NCBI GenBank assembly: GCA_963713605.1
Contig: CAVQMO010000001.1
Span: 480,001 to 544,000, forward strand
DNA: 64,000 nucleotides
Origin: an uncultured Nitrososphaerales archaeon
Lineage (GTDB): Archaea; Thermoproteota; Nitrososphaeria; Nitrososphaerales; Nitrososphaeraceae
Reading direction: 5' to 3'
Shown: positions 41,945 to 53,277 of the stretch, piece after piece
Position numbering within the stretch: the first letter of the stretch is position 1
Layout: each line of letters begins with the position of its first letter
Notes under the pieces: generated by a model
What the model saw: the letters and a program-made list of their open reading frames with translations, nothing else
What the model was told of the DNA's origin: nothing
Databases searched by the model: none
Translations under genes and position numbers: made by a program

Positions 41945-42325
41945 AGCTCTCGGGTACTAATCATGCATATGGCAACCAAAAGAATTATAGCTAATCCGTC
42001 TCTTGAAGGTATAGAAGCTATATCCTTGGGCGTTATTTGATACCCGTTCTGCTAGTCGATCTCCCTCGTCTGATCTTGATTCATCAATTGTTGGTATCCT
42101 CTGGAATTCATAGCGTTGGCGGTGAAAATTTAGAATCGAGAATGATCATAGAAAATGTGCAGTCATTGCCTAGATCGATATTTGTGATTAATTGCCAAGT
42201 GTTGTGTGTGAAACCTCTGCCACTTCAAAAAATTGTTTCGTCAGATAGAAATGCCTTTCCTTTGACTAATCATCTTTTTACCAATTTAGGTTCGGACTCA
42301 AACTATTATGGGGCGATGATACTGT

Positions 42326-43441
42326 TTGCCTGAGCTGTGGCTAAAATACGGTCAAACTTCTGTAGTAGTGGACATTAAGTACGAAAATCTACAAGCTCAC
42401 ATTTTTCCAACTCCATCTACAGGTTACTTGGCAGAACAACAAATAGAGGATGAACTGTCCAATATGGACATAACTGATAACACCATCATAGTTGTTTTGT
42501 CGGTGTCACAGGCGGTCTTGAATTTGGTAGATCGAATCTCTCAAAGAGCCATCCTAAAAAACCATGCTTGCGTTGCTTTTGCTTCTCGAACAAATCTTCT
42601 AAAAACACTAAAGAATTCATTACGAAAACAGCCCTACCCTATATATGAGGCAACATATTCTTCACTGTTTCCTCTACTAAGCAAGTACAAGAATGTGCTA
42701 TGTATCTCCCAAGTTAGATATGATCCATTGTTTGGTTACGGTGGAACTCCCACCTTGTTTCTTCGACAATTCTTTCCAGCAGAAATGAGCGAAGCATTTT
42801 ACTCACGATCAAACAACCTACCTAATCCTAGCAAAAAACTTTCACCACTAGAAATTGCATTGCGAACGGTCGACAATATGAACGCGACTTCGATCGATGT
42901 AGTTGGCAGTCCAAAGATCTTTAGTTTGCACCATGGAACTATTTCTCAGTCATTTGAGAGTGCCATTCGCTCATTAGATCGTGGTCGGAAAACTGGCACC
43001 GAAAAGTGCCAAACAGCTTTGATAAGTCCGAGTGACGATCTTGAACCACATCTTACTTTATGTTCGTCGCTGAACTCTCTCTGGAACGTAGTAGAAGTGA
43101 TTAAGGAGGGTGGATTAGCATCTCTGCTTTCAGAAAATAATATAGGCTTAGGTTGCGAGGCTTTAGAAATGTACGTCCAAGAAAGGTTGGATATACAAAA
43201 ACACTTAGAAGAGAAACTTCAATACTTGGAGGGCCTAGAACATATCTTGTTCCTACAGGAGTTAACTAGAAATTATGATTTAGGAATAATATCAACTTTG
43301 CCTGAATATTATCTACTAAAGTTGGGACTTGTTCCTTTAAGGTCCACTAAGGAATGTTATGTTAGAGCCTTGTCGAAATTCGGAAGATCTCAAAAAATGC
43401 TCGTAATCTCAGGTGCAGATATCCTCTCTTTATTCGATTAG
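42326..43441 (+). CDS. Hypothetical protein, degenerate LarA (DUF2088)-like
   Basis: LWLKYG, DPLFGYGG and VIKEGG..SENNIGLG resemble LarA-family blocks. Confidence 0.55.
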   Translation: MPELWLKYGQTSVVVDIKYENLQAHIFPTPSTGYLAEQQIEDELSNMDITDNTIIVVLSVSQAVLNLVDRISQRAILKNHACVAFASRTNLLKTLKNSLRKQPYPIYEATYSSLFPLLSKYKNVLCISQVRYDPLFGYGGTPTLFLRQFFPAEMSEAFYSRSNNLPNPSKKLSPLEIALRTVDNMNATSIDVVGSPKIFSLHHGTISQSFESAIRSLDRGRKTGTEKCQTALISPSDDLEPHLTLCSSLNSLWNVVEVIKEGGLASLLSENNIGLGCEALEMYVQERLDIQKHLEEKLQYLEGLEHILFLQELTRNYDLGIISTLPEYYLLKLGLVPLRSTKECYVRALSKFGRSQKMLVISGADILSLFD

Positions 43442-43679
43442 CCCCAGCGTTCGGATTCTATGGATGCTGTCATTTGATTCAAGGTGCTGAGAAATATGGA
43501 GTGCTCTGAAACTGGATCCGCTTAAATATTCGGGGAACCTATTCAAATTCTGATGTAGAACTTTTCGGGCCAGATAAAGATATACCTATATATTGAGAAA
43601 GGGGGGTAGGTGTATCAGAATTTGTATTTCATGTTGCATTCCTCTACCCAATTACTGGGTACTGGAGGTAGTTGAGTAT

Positions 43680-43931
43680 TTGTCAGCTGAGAAGAAGATT
43701 ATCAAGATAACTGATCATATTTATCAGCCCAAGCATGAGATTCTGCCTAAAACCGAGGCTAGCGCTGTGCTAAAACAATACAACGCTAAACCTAGCCAAC
43801 TCCCGTACATAATGTTGAGCGATAGAGGCTTGCAGGACCTTGACGTTAGGCCAGGAGATATCATAAAGATTACTCGCAAAAGTGCTACTGCGGGTGAAAG
43901 TGTATATTACCGGTATGTGGTAGAGGGATAG
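43680..43931 (+). CDS. rpoH: RNA polymerase subunit Rpo5/H
   Basis: HIYQPKHEIL, QLPYI, GDIIKITRKS, YYRYV; TTG start after GGAGG. Confidence 0.96.
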   Translation: MSAEKKIIKITDHIYQPKHEILPKTEASAVLKQYNAKPSQLPYIMLSDRGLQDLDVRPGDIIKITRKSATAGESVYYRYVVEG

Positions 43932-43949
43932 GAATAATTTAGGTGGTGG

Positions 43950-46900
43950 TTGTTCGTTTTGTGGCCCATTATAAATGACATTTTGAGAAAGGAAGGAGTA
44001 GCAAGGCAACATTTGAATTCCTACAATGAATTTATGGAGAAAGGGATTCAAAGTATTATCGATGAAGTTGCAGAAATAGAGATAGAGACTTCCGAATATC
44101 CTTACAAGATCAAGCTGAGGAAAGATAAAGCTGCAGCAGCCTAGGATTATGGAGCTTGACGGCTCGATTACCCATGTAGCTCCTATGGAGGCGCGTTTAA
44201 GAAACTTGACATATGCCTCGCCGATCATGTTAGAATGTAGCATAGTAGAAGATGGCAAAATATTGGAATCCAGATTTATTCACATAGGTGACATGCCTGT
44301 GATGGTAAAATCTAACGCTTGCATTTTGCATAATATGCCAGAACACAAGCTGAATAGAGTTGGCTGAAGATCCACGAGATCCAGGTGGATACTTTGTCAT
44401 CAATGGTTCCGAAAGAGTCATTGTAGGATTAGAAGATCTTTCATACAACAAGATTATAGTCGATATGGAAGAAGCCACCGGTACCCTCCTGTACAAGGCT
44501 AAAGTATACTCCTCTATTGTTGGCTATAGAGCAAAACTGGAACTAATAATGAGACCTGATGGATCCATAGTAGCAAAGATACCTGGATCTCCTGTGGATG
44601 TGCCCTTAATCACATTGGTTCGCGCTCTGGGACTGGAAACCGACAAGGATATTGCAAATGGCGTATCATTGAATCCCCTCATACAAGACGAGCTTGAACC
44701 CTCATTTGAAAAATCCAGTGATGTGGTTACAAGTAGGGATGCAATAATCTATGTTAGCAAACGTATTGCCCCGGGCATGCTTGAAGAATTTCAGATCAAG
44801 AGAGCGGAAACCCTTCTTGATTGGGGACTTTTACCACACTTAGGAAAGAACCCCGATAACCGGCATGAAAAAGCACTCTTCCTTGGTGAGGCAGCTAGTA
44901 AGTTGATCGAACTTAAACTTGGTTGGATTGATGCAGACGACAAAGATCATTATGGTAATAAAGTAATAAAGTTCGCTGGTCAAATGCTAGCAGATCTATT
45001 CCGGTACTGCCTTCCGGAATTTGATACGCGATATGAAATACCAACTCGAACGCTCAGGTCAGAAGCGAGGAATTAACGCTGTTGCTGTCTGCGGTCCGCC
45101 CTGGAATAATATCGGATAAGCTGAATAACGCAATTGCAACTGGAAATTGGGGACGAGGCCGGGTCGGAGTAACTCAGCTACTAGATAGGACAAATTATAT
45201 GTCTACAGTAAGCCATTTGCGGCGTATTCAATCTCCTCTTAGCAGAAGTCAGCCTAATTTTGAAGCAAGGGATCTACACGCAACTCACTTTGGTCGCATC
45301 TGTCCTGCTGAGACGCCAGAAGGATCTAACTGCGGACTGGTCAAAAACCTGGCTCTATCAGCCATTATATCAGTGAGTGTTTCTTCGGCTGAAATTGTCG
45401 AAAAGCTCTTTGATTTGGGAGTTGAGCATGTAGATGAGGCGAATGAGAACTTGAAGAGAATTGGAGCTAGGGTATTTGTTGATGGGCAGCTTGTTGGTTA
45501 TGTGGAGGACGGCGGCCATCTAGCTAACACTTTAAGGACAATGAGGAGATCTGGCAAGATTCATCCTCATGTGGGTGTCTATCTCTACAGTTCATTAAAC
45601 GATAGCGCAACCAAGCGTCTTTACATTAGTTGCAATTCTGGCCGCGTGCTTAGACCCTTGATTATTGTCAGAGATGGTCGGTCACTGATCACTGACGAAA
45701 TAATTGAAAAAATTCAAAAGAAATTTCTTTCCTGGACTGATCTTCTGCACACAGGCATCTTAGAATTAGTTGACGCGAATGAAGAGGAGAATTGTTATGT
45801 TAGTATAGGTACCGATGTTGTAGAGCTTTCACACACTCATTTGGAGGTTTTTCCCTCCTCCATATTGGGAGTTGGGGCATCCATCATTCCTTACCCTGAA
45901 CACAATCAATCTCCACGTAATACCTATGAAAGTGCGATGGCAAAACAGAGTCTCGGGTTTTCAACCCCCTTGATGAATGCGAGTACATATGTGAGACAAC
46001 ATTTGATGCTTTATCCTCAAACTCCAATGGTTAGCACCAAGGCGATAAATCTGCTAGGCCTGGACGATAGACCAACTGGGCAGAATGCAATTGTGGCAGT
46101 CCTTCCTTATGAAGGTTATAATATAGAAGACGCTGTGGTATTTAACAAGTCTGCAGTAGATAGAGGGTTTGGGAGAACCTTCTTTTATAGAGTGTACGAA
46201 GCAGAGGCCAAGCAGTATCCAGGGGGTATGAAAGATAATTTCGAATTACCTTCATCGGACGAGAATATACGCGGCTATAGAGGGGAAAAGGCATATCGCC
46301 TCTTAGAACAGGATGGTGCTATAATGCATGAAGCTGTGGTCGTAGGTGGCGATATTCTAATTGGTCGAACCTCGCCTCCAAGATTTATGGAGGAATATAG
46401 AGAGTTCGAGGTCAAGGGACCATACAGGCGGGATACTTCTATTGGGGTTAGACCTTCAGAAAACGGGGTTGTCGACACGGTTATAATGACTCAGTCTGTA
46501 GAGGGTGGCAAAATGTTTAAGATACGCGTTCGTGATATGCGAATTCCTGAAATTGGTGATAAATTCGCATCAAGACACGGTCAAAAGGGTGTCGTTGGTA
46601 TGCTGGTTAGTCAGGAGGATTTACCCTACTCCGAGAACGGGATAGTCCCCGATGTTATGATCAATCCCCATGCATTCCCCTCCCGTATGACAGTAGGTCA
46701 GTTTCTGGAGTCACTTGGGGGTAAAGCAGCTGCACTAAGAGGTAGAATCGTAGACGGATCAGCATTCCTAGGAGAAAAATTAGACCAACTTAAGGATGTA
46801 TTGCAAGATTATGGTTTCAAGTTTACGGGAAAAGAAGTAATGTATGATGGCAGAACGGGAAGAAGATTCCCAGCCGATGTTTACGTAGGTGTAGTTTATT

Positions 46901-47292
46901 ATCAGAAACTCCATCATATGGTAGCAGACAAGATCCACAGCAGGGCTAGAGGTCAGGTACAAATGCTGACCAAACAGCCGACAGAAGGTCGAGCAAGGGG
47001 AGGGGGTCTACGGTTTGGTGAAATGGAACGAGATTGCCTCATTGCATATGGTGCTTCAATGATGCTCAAGGATCGTCTCCTAGAGGAGTCAGACAAAGCC
47101 GAAATAAACGTGTGCGAGCGATGCGGTCTCTTGGCTTATTATGACATTAAACAGCGCAGATACATTTGTAGGGTGTGCGGGGATAAAGCCAAGATCTCAT
47201 CTGTCATAATCGCATACGCCTTCAAGTTATTGTTGCAGGAAATGATGAGTTTGAATGTTGCTCCTCGCCTGTTGGCGAAGGACAAAGTTTAG
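43950..47292 (+). CDS. rpoB: RNA polymerase subunit Rpo2/B, single gene with four +1 insertions (~44117, ~44353, ~45003, ~45089)
   Basis: GGYFVINGSERV, DKDHYGNK, ETPEG, GDKFASRHGQKG, GLRFGEMERD. Confidence 0.97.
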
Positions 47293-47306
47293 GAGGAGAT
47301 TCTGAT

Positions 47307-50300
47307 TTGACAGAAGAATCAATGAAAATATTAGGAGGAATAAAATTTAGCATCTGGTCGCCGGTGGAAGTGCGTAAATTTAGTGTCGCTGAGATTACTG
47401 CTCCAGAAACCTACGATGAAGACGGTATGCCTGTTCAAGGAGGTCTGATGGACAATAGGCTTGGCACGCTGGAACCAGGTCAAAAATGTGGAACATGTGG
47501 GAACACATCGGCAAGATGCCCCGGACACTTCGGGCATATTGAGCTTGCTGAGCCAGTACTTCATATTGCATTCGTGGATGATATTCATAAACTGCTTATC
47601 ACCTGCTGCAGATCATGTAGCAGAGTGAAACTAGGCCATAGTGATATCGAGAAGTATCGTGCCTTGCGTAGCGCAAAAGCAGCATATTCCGTGATAACAC
47701 TAGAGAACATTAAGGATGAAATAATAGAGAAGGCAAAGAAAGTTAAGGTCTGTCCGCACTGCGAGAAAGAACAGTATGAGTTAGTCTTTACAAAACCAAC
47801 TATTTTTGTAGAAAAGACTGAAGCTGGAGAGAACCGGCTGCTCCCAATTACTATTAGGGAGAGGATGATGAATATCCCTGATGACGACCTTCTCCTGCTA
47901 GGATATGATTCTAAAACAGCAAGACCGGAATGGTTTGTGTTGCAGGTTCTGCCTGTACCACCGGTCACCGTAAGACCTTCAATAATACTGGAGACAGGCA
48001 TTAGATCGGAAGACGATCTGACACACAAGTTAGTAGATATCATACGTGTTAATCAGAGATTGAAGGAGAGCAAAGAGGCTGGCACGCCTCCATTAATAGT
48101 TCAGGACTTGGTAGATCTATTACAGTACCATGTGACTACATACTTCGACAATGAGGTTTCTGGTATTCCACAAGCACATCATCGTTCTGGAAGGCCTTTG
48201 AAAACTCTTACCCAAAGATTGAAGGGGAAGGAAGGTAGATTTAGAGGATCCTTATCTGGGAAGAGGGTTGATTTCTCTAGTCGAACAGTAATATCACCAG
48301 ATCCTAATCTGACAATCTCCAGCGTGGGTGTTCCTGTTGACGTAGCAAAGAAGCTTACTATTCCGGAAACAGTCTCCCAATGGAATCTTGAACGTCTGAA
48401 AGCCCTCGTTGTTAATGGACCAAACATATATCCGGGAGCGAATTACATTATTAGGCCTGACGGTGTCAAAATTAGGCTCGATTATGTAAGTGATAGGGAG
48501 ATGGTTGCCGAATCGCTTGCTCCAAACTATGTTGTAGAGAGACATCTTTCAGATGGCGATATCGTGATCTTTAATCGTCAACCATCGCTCCACAGAATGT
48601 CCATAATGGCTCATTACGTTAAGGTTCTTCCCTATCGCACATTTAGACTCCACCCAGCTGTGTGTCCTCCTTATAATGCAGATTTTGATGGAGACGAAAT
48701 GAACTTACATGTACCTCAAAGCGAAGAAGCTCGAGCCGAGGCCGCATTGTTAATGAGGGTTCAAGATCAGTTGATATCTCCCAGGTATGGCGGACCTATT
48801 ATTGGTGGTATCAGAGATTTTATCACTGGAGCGTATATTCTCACCTCAAAGGACACTTTTCTGAACAGAGAGGAATTCGCTAACTTGGCCTTGAGTGGGG
48901 GCTATGGGGGTGTGCTTCCACATGCAGATTCAAAGGATGGAGAATATCAACTTTACAGTGGTAAGCAGCTCTTCTCACTTTTCTTCCCTAGTGATTTCAA
49001 TTTTGTTGTCACTTCTAAGTGGAACAAAGCATCCAAAGGCGAGGGCAAGGATGTTGTAATTAGAAACGGTCAACTCCTAAGTGGGGTTGTAGACAAGGCA
49101 TCGATTGGTGCTGAAGAGCCGGATAGTGTGCTGCATCGCATTGCAAAGGATTACGGAAATGATACAGCGAGAAAATTTTTGGATTCGATCCTGATCATAT
49201 TGAAGACCTATTTGACTCAACGCGGATTCTCTTATGGATATTCAGATCTATGGCTAAGCGATGAAACAAGGAAAGAAATTAGTGCGATTATTGAGCGAGC
49301 TTATGAAAAGGTTGATGAGTTGATAAAGCAGTACAAAGACGGTACTCTCCCACTGACGAGAGGTTTGTCTCCCGAAGAAGCTCTGGAGCTGTATGTGGTT
49401 AATGAATTGTCTAGGGCCAGGGATAGGGCAGGAAAAACAGCAGATCGAGCATTTCCCGACGATAATTCTGGTGTAATTATGGCATCGACGGGCGCTAGAG
49501 GTTCAACACTGAATATAGGTCAGATGACTGCGGCTTTAGGGCAACAATCCATTAGAGGGAAGCGCATTAACAAAGGTTACCATAACAGATCACTCCCTCA
49601 TTTCAGGATAAATGATACCAATCCTGACGCGAAGGGCTTTGTCAAATCCAATTATCGGGACGGATTAAGTCCTTTGGAGTTCTTCTTCCATGCGATGGGA
49701 GGTAGAGAAGGCTTAGTAGATACCGCCGTAAGGACTCAACAGTCCGGATACATGCAGAGGAGATTGATAAATGCGTTAGAGCATCTGAAGATTGAATATG
49801 ACCTCACCGTGAGAGATCCGCATGGAAATATCATTCAGTATTTGTATGGCGAAGACGGGATCGATCCCGCGAAGAGTGACCATGGAGAGGCTGTAAATAT
49901 ACTCAGATTAATTGAAGGTGAATTTATTGTGGATGAAGGTAAGAAAGCCACCGACGTTGAAATTACAAAGGTACTCAACTCAATTGGCGCTAATCTTAAC
50001 GTAAAAGTAAAGTCTAATCTAGAAATGACTCTATTAAATAACCGACTGAGCAAGGCAGGAGTAGAAAAAGTAGTTCGAAAAATTGTTGAATTCACACAAA
50101 AAGCCATGGCGGAACCAGGTGAGGCTGTCGGTGTGGTCACAGCACAATCCATAGGGGAACCAGGTACACAAATGACTCTTAGAACTTTCCACTTTGCAGG
50201 CGTCAAGGAAAGAAATGTAACTTTAGGGTTACCTCGTTTAATTGAGTTAGTAGACGCACGTAAGAAACCAGTTACGCCAACCATGGATATTTACTTGGAT

Positions 50301-51134
50301 GAAGAACATAAGATTAGTAGGGAAAAAGCGTTACAAGTAGCCAAAGAAATTATTTACACTCGGGTATCTGACCTAATAGATAAGACTGATATTGATTATA
50401 GTGGAATTTTAAACTTTTACTTCTCTGAAGCACAGCTTGCAGAACGCGGATGCGAGCTTGAACAGGTATTTGATGTATTGAAGGGCTCAAAGAAGAAATA
50501 CGACATTAGTATGAAAGATAAACCTTATCACATACGAGTCTCAATTCCAGATGACCCAGACGCCCAAACGATCTTAACATTGAAGAATAAGCTTTTGAAC
50601 ACTAGGGTTAAGGGTGTGCCTGATATTGAAAGAGTTACCATCGTAAAACAAGATGAAGAATGGGTTATACAAACGGCAGGCTCGAACCTATCCAAAGTGG
50701 TTCAAATCCCTGGTATAGACACTCGGAGGATTTCGACAAATAATGTTTACGAGATTTGGCAGACACTAGGAATAGAGGCTGCGAGAACTGCATTGGTGAA
50801 GGAAATCACAAACACTTTAGAGGAGCAGGGGTTGGAGGTCGATCTCCGTCATATTATGTTGGTGGCTGATTTAATGTCATCTAAAGGGTATCTCCAACAG
50901 ATAGGAAGGCATGGTATTGCGGGGACAAAAACCTCCGTACTGGCACGCGCAGCATTTGAAATTACTGTTCCCACCATAGCGAGGGCTTCTCTCGAGGGAC
51001 AGGTGGAGACCTTAAGGGGAGTAACAGAAAACGTTATAGTAGGAGTTACTGTACCCGTTGGCACCGGCATGGTTGAGCTTTATATGAAAGTAAAGGAGGA
51101 GAATGCTGATGAAAGCACTAGACAAACTAATTAA
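47307..51134 (+). CDS. rpoA: RNA polymerase subunit Rpo1, fused A'/A''
   Basis: CPGHFGH, NADFDGD, AQSIGEPGTQMT, AAFE in a single 1275-aa ORF. Confidence 0.98.
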   Translation: MTEESMKILGGIKFSIWSPVEVRKFSVAEITAPETYDEDGMPVQGGLMDNRLGTLEPGQKCGTCGNTSARCPGHFGHIELAEPVLHIAFVDDIHKLLITCCRSCSRVKLGHSDIEKYRALRSAKAAYSVITLENIKDEIIEKAKKVKVCPHCEKEQYELVFTKPTIFVEKTEAGENRLLPITIRERMMNIPDDDLLLLGYDSKTARPEWFVLQVLPVPPVTVRPSIILETGIRSEDDLTHKLVDIIRVNQRLKESKEAGTPPLIVQDLVDLLQYHVTTYFDNEVSGIPQAHHRSGRPLKTLTQRLKGKEGRFRGSLSGKRVDFSSRTVISPDPNLTISSVGVPVDVAKKLTIPETVSQWNLERLKALVVNGPNIYPGANYIIRPDGVKIRLDYVSDREMVAESLAPNYVVERHLSDGDIVIFNRQPSLHRMSIMAHYVKVLPYRTFRLHPAVCPPYNADFDGDEMNLHVPQSEEARAEAALLMRVQDQLISPRYGGPIIGGIRDFITGAYILTSKDTFLNREEFANLALSGGYGGVLPHADSKDGEYQLYSGKQLFSLFFPSDFNFVVTSKWNKASKGEGKDVVIRNGQLLSGVVDKASIGAEEPDSVLHRIAKDYGNDTARKFLDSILIILKTYLTQRGFSYGYSDLWLSDETRKEISAIIERAYEKVDELIKQYKDGTLPLTRGLSPEEALELYVVNELSRARDRAGKTADRAFPDDNSGVIMASTGARGSTLNIGQMTAALGQQSIRGKRINKGYHNRSLPHFRINDTNPDAKGFVKSNYRDGLSPLEFFFHAMGGREGLVDTAVRTQQSGYMQRRLINALEHLKIEYDLTVRDPHGNIIQYLYGEDGIDPAKSDHGEAVNILRLIEGEFIVDEGKKATDVEITKVLNSIGANLNVKVKSNLEMTLLNNRLSKAGVEKVVRKIVEFTQKAMAEPGEAVGVVTAQSIGEPGTQMTLRTFHFAGVKERNVTLGLPRLIELVDARKKPVTPTMDIYLDEEHKISREKALQVAKEIIYTRVSDLIDKTDIDYSGILNFYFSEAQLAERGCELEQVFDVLKGSKKKYDISMKDKPYHIRVSIPDDPDAQTILTLKNKLLNTRVKGVPDIERVTIVKQDEEWVIQTAGSNLSKVVQIPGIDTRRISTNNVYEIWQTLGIEAARTALVKEITNTLEEQGLEVDLRHIMLVADLMSSKGYLQQIGRHGIAGTKTSVLARAAFEITVPTIARASLEGQVETLRGVTENVIVGVTVPVGTGMVELYMKVKEENADESTRQTN

Positions 51135-51408
51135 AGAAGCAGTAGCAACTGGCAAGTACAAGAAAGGGGCAAAGGAGGTAATGAGATTTGTTAAAGGATC
51201 AAAACTCATCCTTGTATCTGATTCGGTTGAAGATAGGAATAGAGGCAGTATTGAAAATCAGGCGAAATCTATTGGTATTCCGGTGCTTAGATTTCATGGA
51301 ACATCGGTCATGTTAGGGAGGGCTTGCAATCGGCCGCATAGGATATCCGTGCTCTCCATTCGGACCGGGACTGAAGAAGAAATTCGAAACATTCTCTCTG
51401 AAAGGTGA
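51103..51408 (+). CDS. rpl30e: Ribosomal protein eL30 (start may be 51109)
   Basis: TGKYKKGAKE, LGRACNRP; position after rpoA. Confidence 0.9.
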   Translation: MLMKALDKLIKEAVATGKYKKGAKEVMRFVKGSKLILVSDSVEDRNRGSIENQAKSIGIPVLRFHGTSVMLGRACNRPHRISVLSIRTGTEEEIRNILSER

Positions 51409-51644
51409 ACTATTTTTGCGCATTCAATTGCGTGAAACATGGTACAGTGGCTTATTACAATGTATGCTTTGGTGATTTTATACTACGGATTATATTCAAG
51501 CGGAATATCTATTTGATCTAGACAGCTGCCCGTGCAGCCATGCATGACATGGAAGACTTAAATTGGCGATAATGAATCAGATGCATGATTCGCGAATTGC
51601 GTGTATTGTCTTTCTGCGCTTATGGTAATAAGAGGATTTAAGAT

Positions 51645-52121
51645 TTGACGGAAAAAATCAAGTTGACTTCGGATGAATTGCGACTTATGTCTTTATTTCA
51701 GAGTATCACGAGTGTAACTGCTAGGGATTGTGTAGTTGATGATAAGATGGACCGTGTTATCTTCATTGTCAATAAGGGCCAGATGGGCCTGGCCATAGGG
51801 AAAGGAGGTGCGACTATTCGACAACTACAAAACGTTGTGGCTAAGAAAGTAGAACTTGTTGAATATTCTGATGATGCAAGCGATTTCGTCCGCAATATAC
51901 TGAACCCTCAAATGGTAAATGATGTAAAAATCACCCAGAGAACAGATGGCTCCAAGCAAGCGGTAGTTCTTGTAGATGCAAAGCGAAAAGGCGTAGTAGT
52001 AGGGAAGGAAGGAAGGAATGCAGAGAAGGCTAGATTGTTGGCAAAGAGGTACTTTCAAATATCCAATGTTCTGATAACAAGTGCACCTGAAAGAATGATG
52101 GGAAACGAGGTTATAGATTAG
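51645..52121 (+). CDS. nusA: Archaeal NusA
   Basis: KH motifs AIGKGG and VVGKEGRN. Confidence 0.95.
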   Translation: MTEKIKLTSDELRLMSLFQSITSVTARDCVVDDKMDRVIFIVNKGQMGLAIGKGGATIRQLQNVVAKKVELVEYSDDASDFVRNILNPQMVNDVKITQRTDGSKQAVVLVDAKRKGVVVGKEGRNAEKARLLAKRYFQISNVLITSAPERMMGNEVID

Positions 52122-52559
52122 TTGGCCAAATCACCGTTAGGTTTGTTTGCGGGGCGTGTGCTCAGGTCAAAGAGAAAACGCGCACGCTGGTCGAACAAAT
52201 ATTACAAGAGGCGCATGTTGATGCTGGACAAGAAAGCTAACCCTCTTGAAGGGTCTCCTCAGGCAAAAGGAATTGTTCTTGAAAAAGTCGGAATAGAATC
52301 GAAACAGCCGAACTCCGCAGTGAGGAAATGCGTTCGAGTACAATTGATAAAGAATGGAAAAACCATCACAGCATTCTTACCAAAGGATGGGGCCTTGAAT
52401 TTCGTAGATGAACATGACGAGGTAATGCTAGAAGGAATTGGAGGTTCAATGGGAGGGGCAATGGGTGATATCCCTGGAGTAAGATGGCGAGTCTTCAAAG
52501 TAAACGGCGTCTCCCTTAATGAGTTAGTTTTAGGACGGAAGGAGAAACCACGGAGGTAA
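52122..52559 (+). CDS. rps12: 30S ribosomal protein uS12
   Basis: [17 protein letters not shown]. Confidence 0.98.
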   Translation: MAKSPLGLFAGRVLRSKRKRARWSNKYYKRRMLMLDKKANPLEGSPQAKGIVLEKVGIESKQPNSAVRKCVRVQLIKNGKTITAFLPKDGALNFVDEHDEVMLEGIGGSMGGAMGDIPGVRWRVFKVNGVSLNELVLGRKEKPRR

Positions 52560-52564
52560 TTGAT

Positions 52565-53170
52565 ATGAGTGGAAAGGAACGAGCAAATCTGCTTTTATTC
52601 AACAAGTGGGACACAAGAAAGATAGAAATAGGCGACATCGGCCTTCAGAAAGTGATATCGTTAAAGCACTCCGTTATTCCCATCACCTTTGGACGACATG
52701 AACATCAACGATTGAAAAAATCGGAGGTTAACATTGTGGAAAGGCTCGCCAACAAGTTAATGCATTTTGGAAAAAGATATGCGAAAAATACTGGTCGAAT
52801 GGGTGGCAAAAAGGCAAAAACTCTGAACATGTTGAAGACTGCTTTTGAGATAATACACCTCGAAACAGGCAAGAATCCGCTAGAGGTATTTGTGAAGGCT
52901 GTTGAGAATGCATCCCCTAATGAAGATACTACCCGAATCGTTTACGGAGGAGTAGTTTACCACGTCTCCGTTGACGTAGCTCCCCTAAGACGGGTTGATT
53001 TTGCTCTCCGTTTTATAGCGGAAGGGGTTAGAGAATCAACGTATTCTAACCCGCAAGCCATAGAGGAAGCTCTTGCGAGAGAACTTGTTTTAGCTTCAGA
53101 AAATGAAATGGCCAGTCACGCTATAAAAAAGAAAAATGAACAAGAAAGAGTAGCAATGGCATCGCGATAG
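52565..53170 (+). CDS. rps7: 30S ribosomal protein uS7
   Basis: IVERLANKLM, VDVAPLRR, ERVAMASR. Confidence 0.98.
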   Translation: MSGKERANLLLFNKWDTRKIEIGDIGLQKVISLKHSVIPITFGRHEHQRLKKSEVNIVERLANKLMHFGKRYAKNTGRMGGKKAKTLNMLKTAFEIIHLETGKNPLEVFVKAVENASPNEDTTRIVYGGVVYHVSVDVAPLRRVDFALRFIAEGVRESTYSNPQAIEEALARELVLASENEMASHAIKKKNEQERVAMASR

Positions 53171-53277
53171 CCCAATGTATCGTTAGAGCAGAAAAGTAGT
53201 AACCTTCCAAGATTGCATGCGCGACTGAGCATTAGGCTGAAACTTAAATAACAAGGTTCCAGTGAAAATCAATATAA

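Noticed and set aside
42037..42333. 98-aa ORF between tbp and the LarA-like gene
   Set aside because: No recognisable features; likely a chance ORF
43601..43670. Long hairpin in the rpoH leader (GGGTAG/CTACCC)
   Set aside because: The 5' arm lies upstream of the TSS expected from the TATA at 43587-43594; the remaining 6-bp stem is unremarkable
43950..47292. Natural B''/B' split or programmed frameshifting in rpoB
   Set aside because: Four separate breaks, each fixed by deleting one base, with no slippery heptamers; the same pattern occurs across the window
47307..51134. Fused RpoA'/A'' as a novelty
   Set aside because: Established trait of Thaumarchaeota
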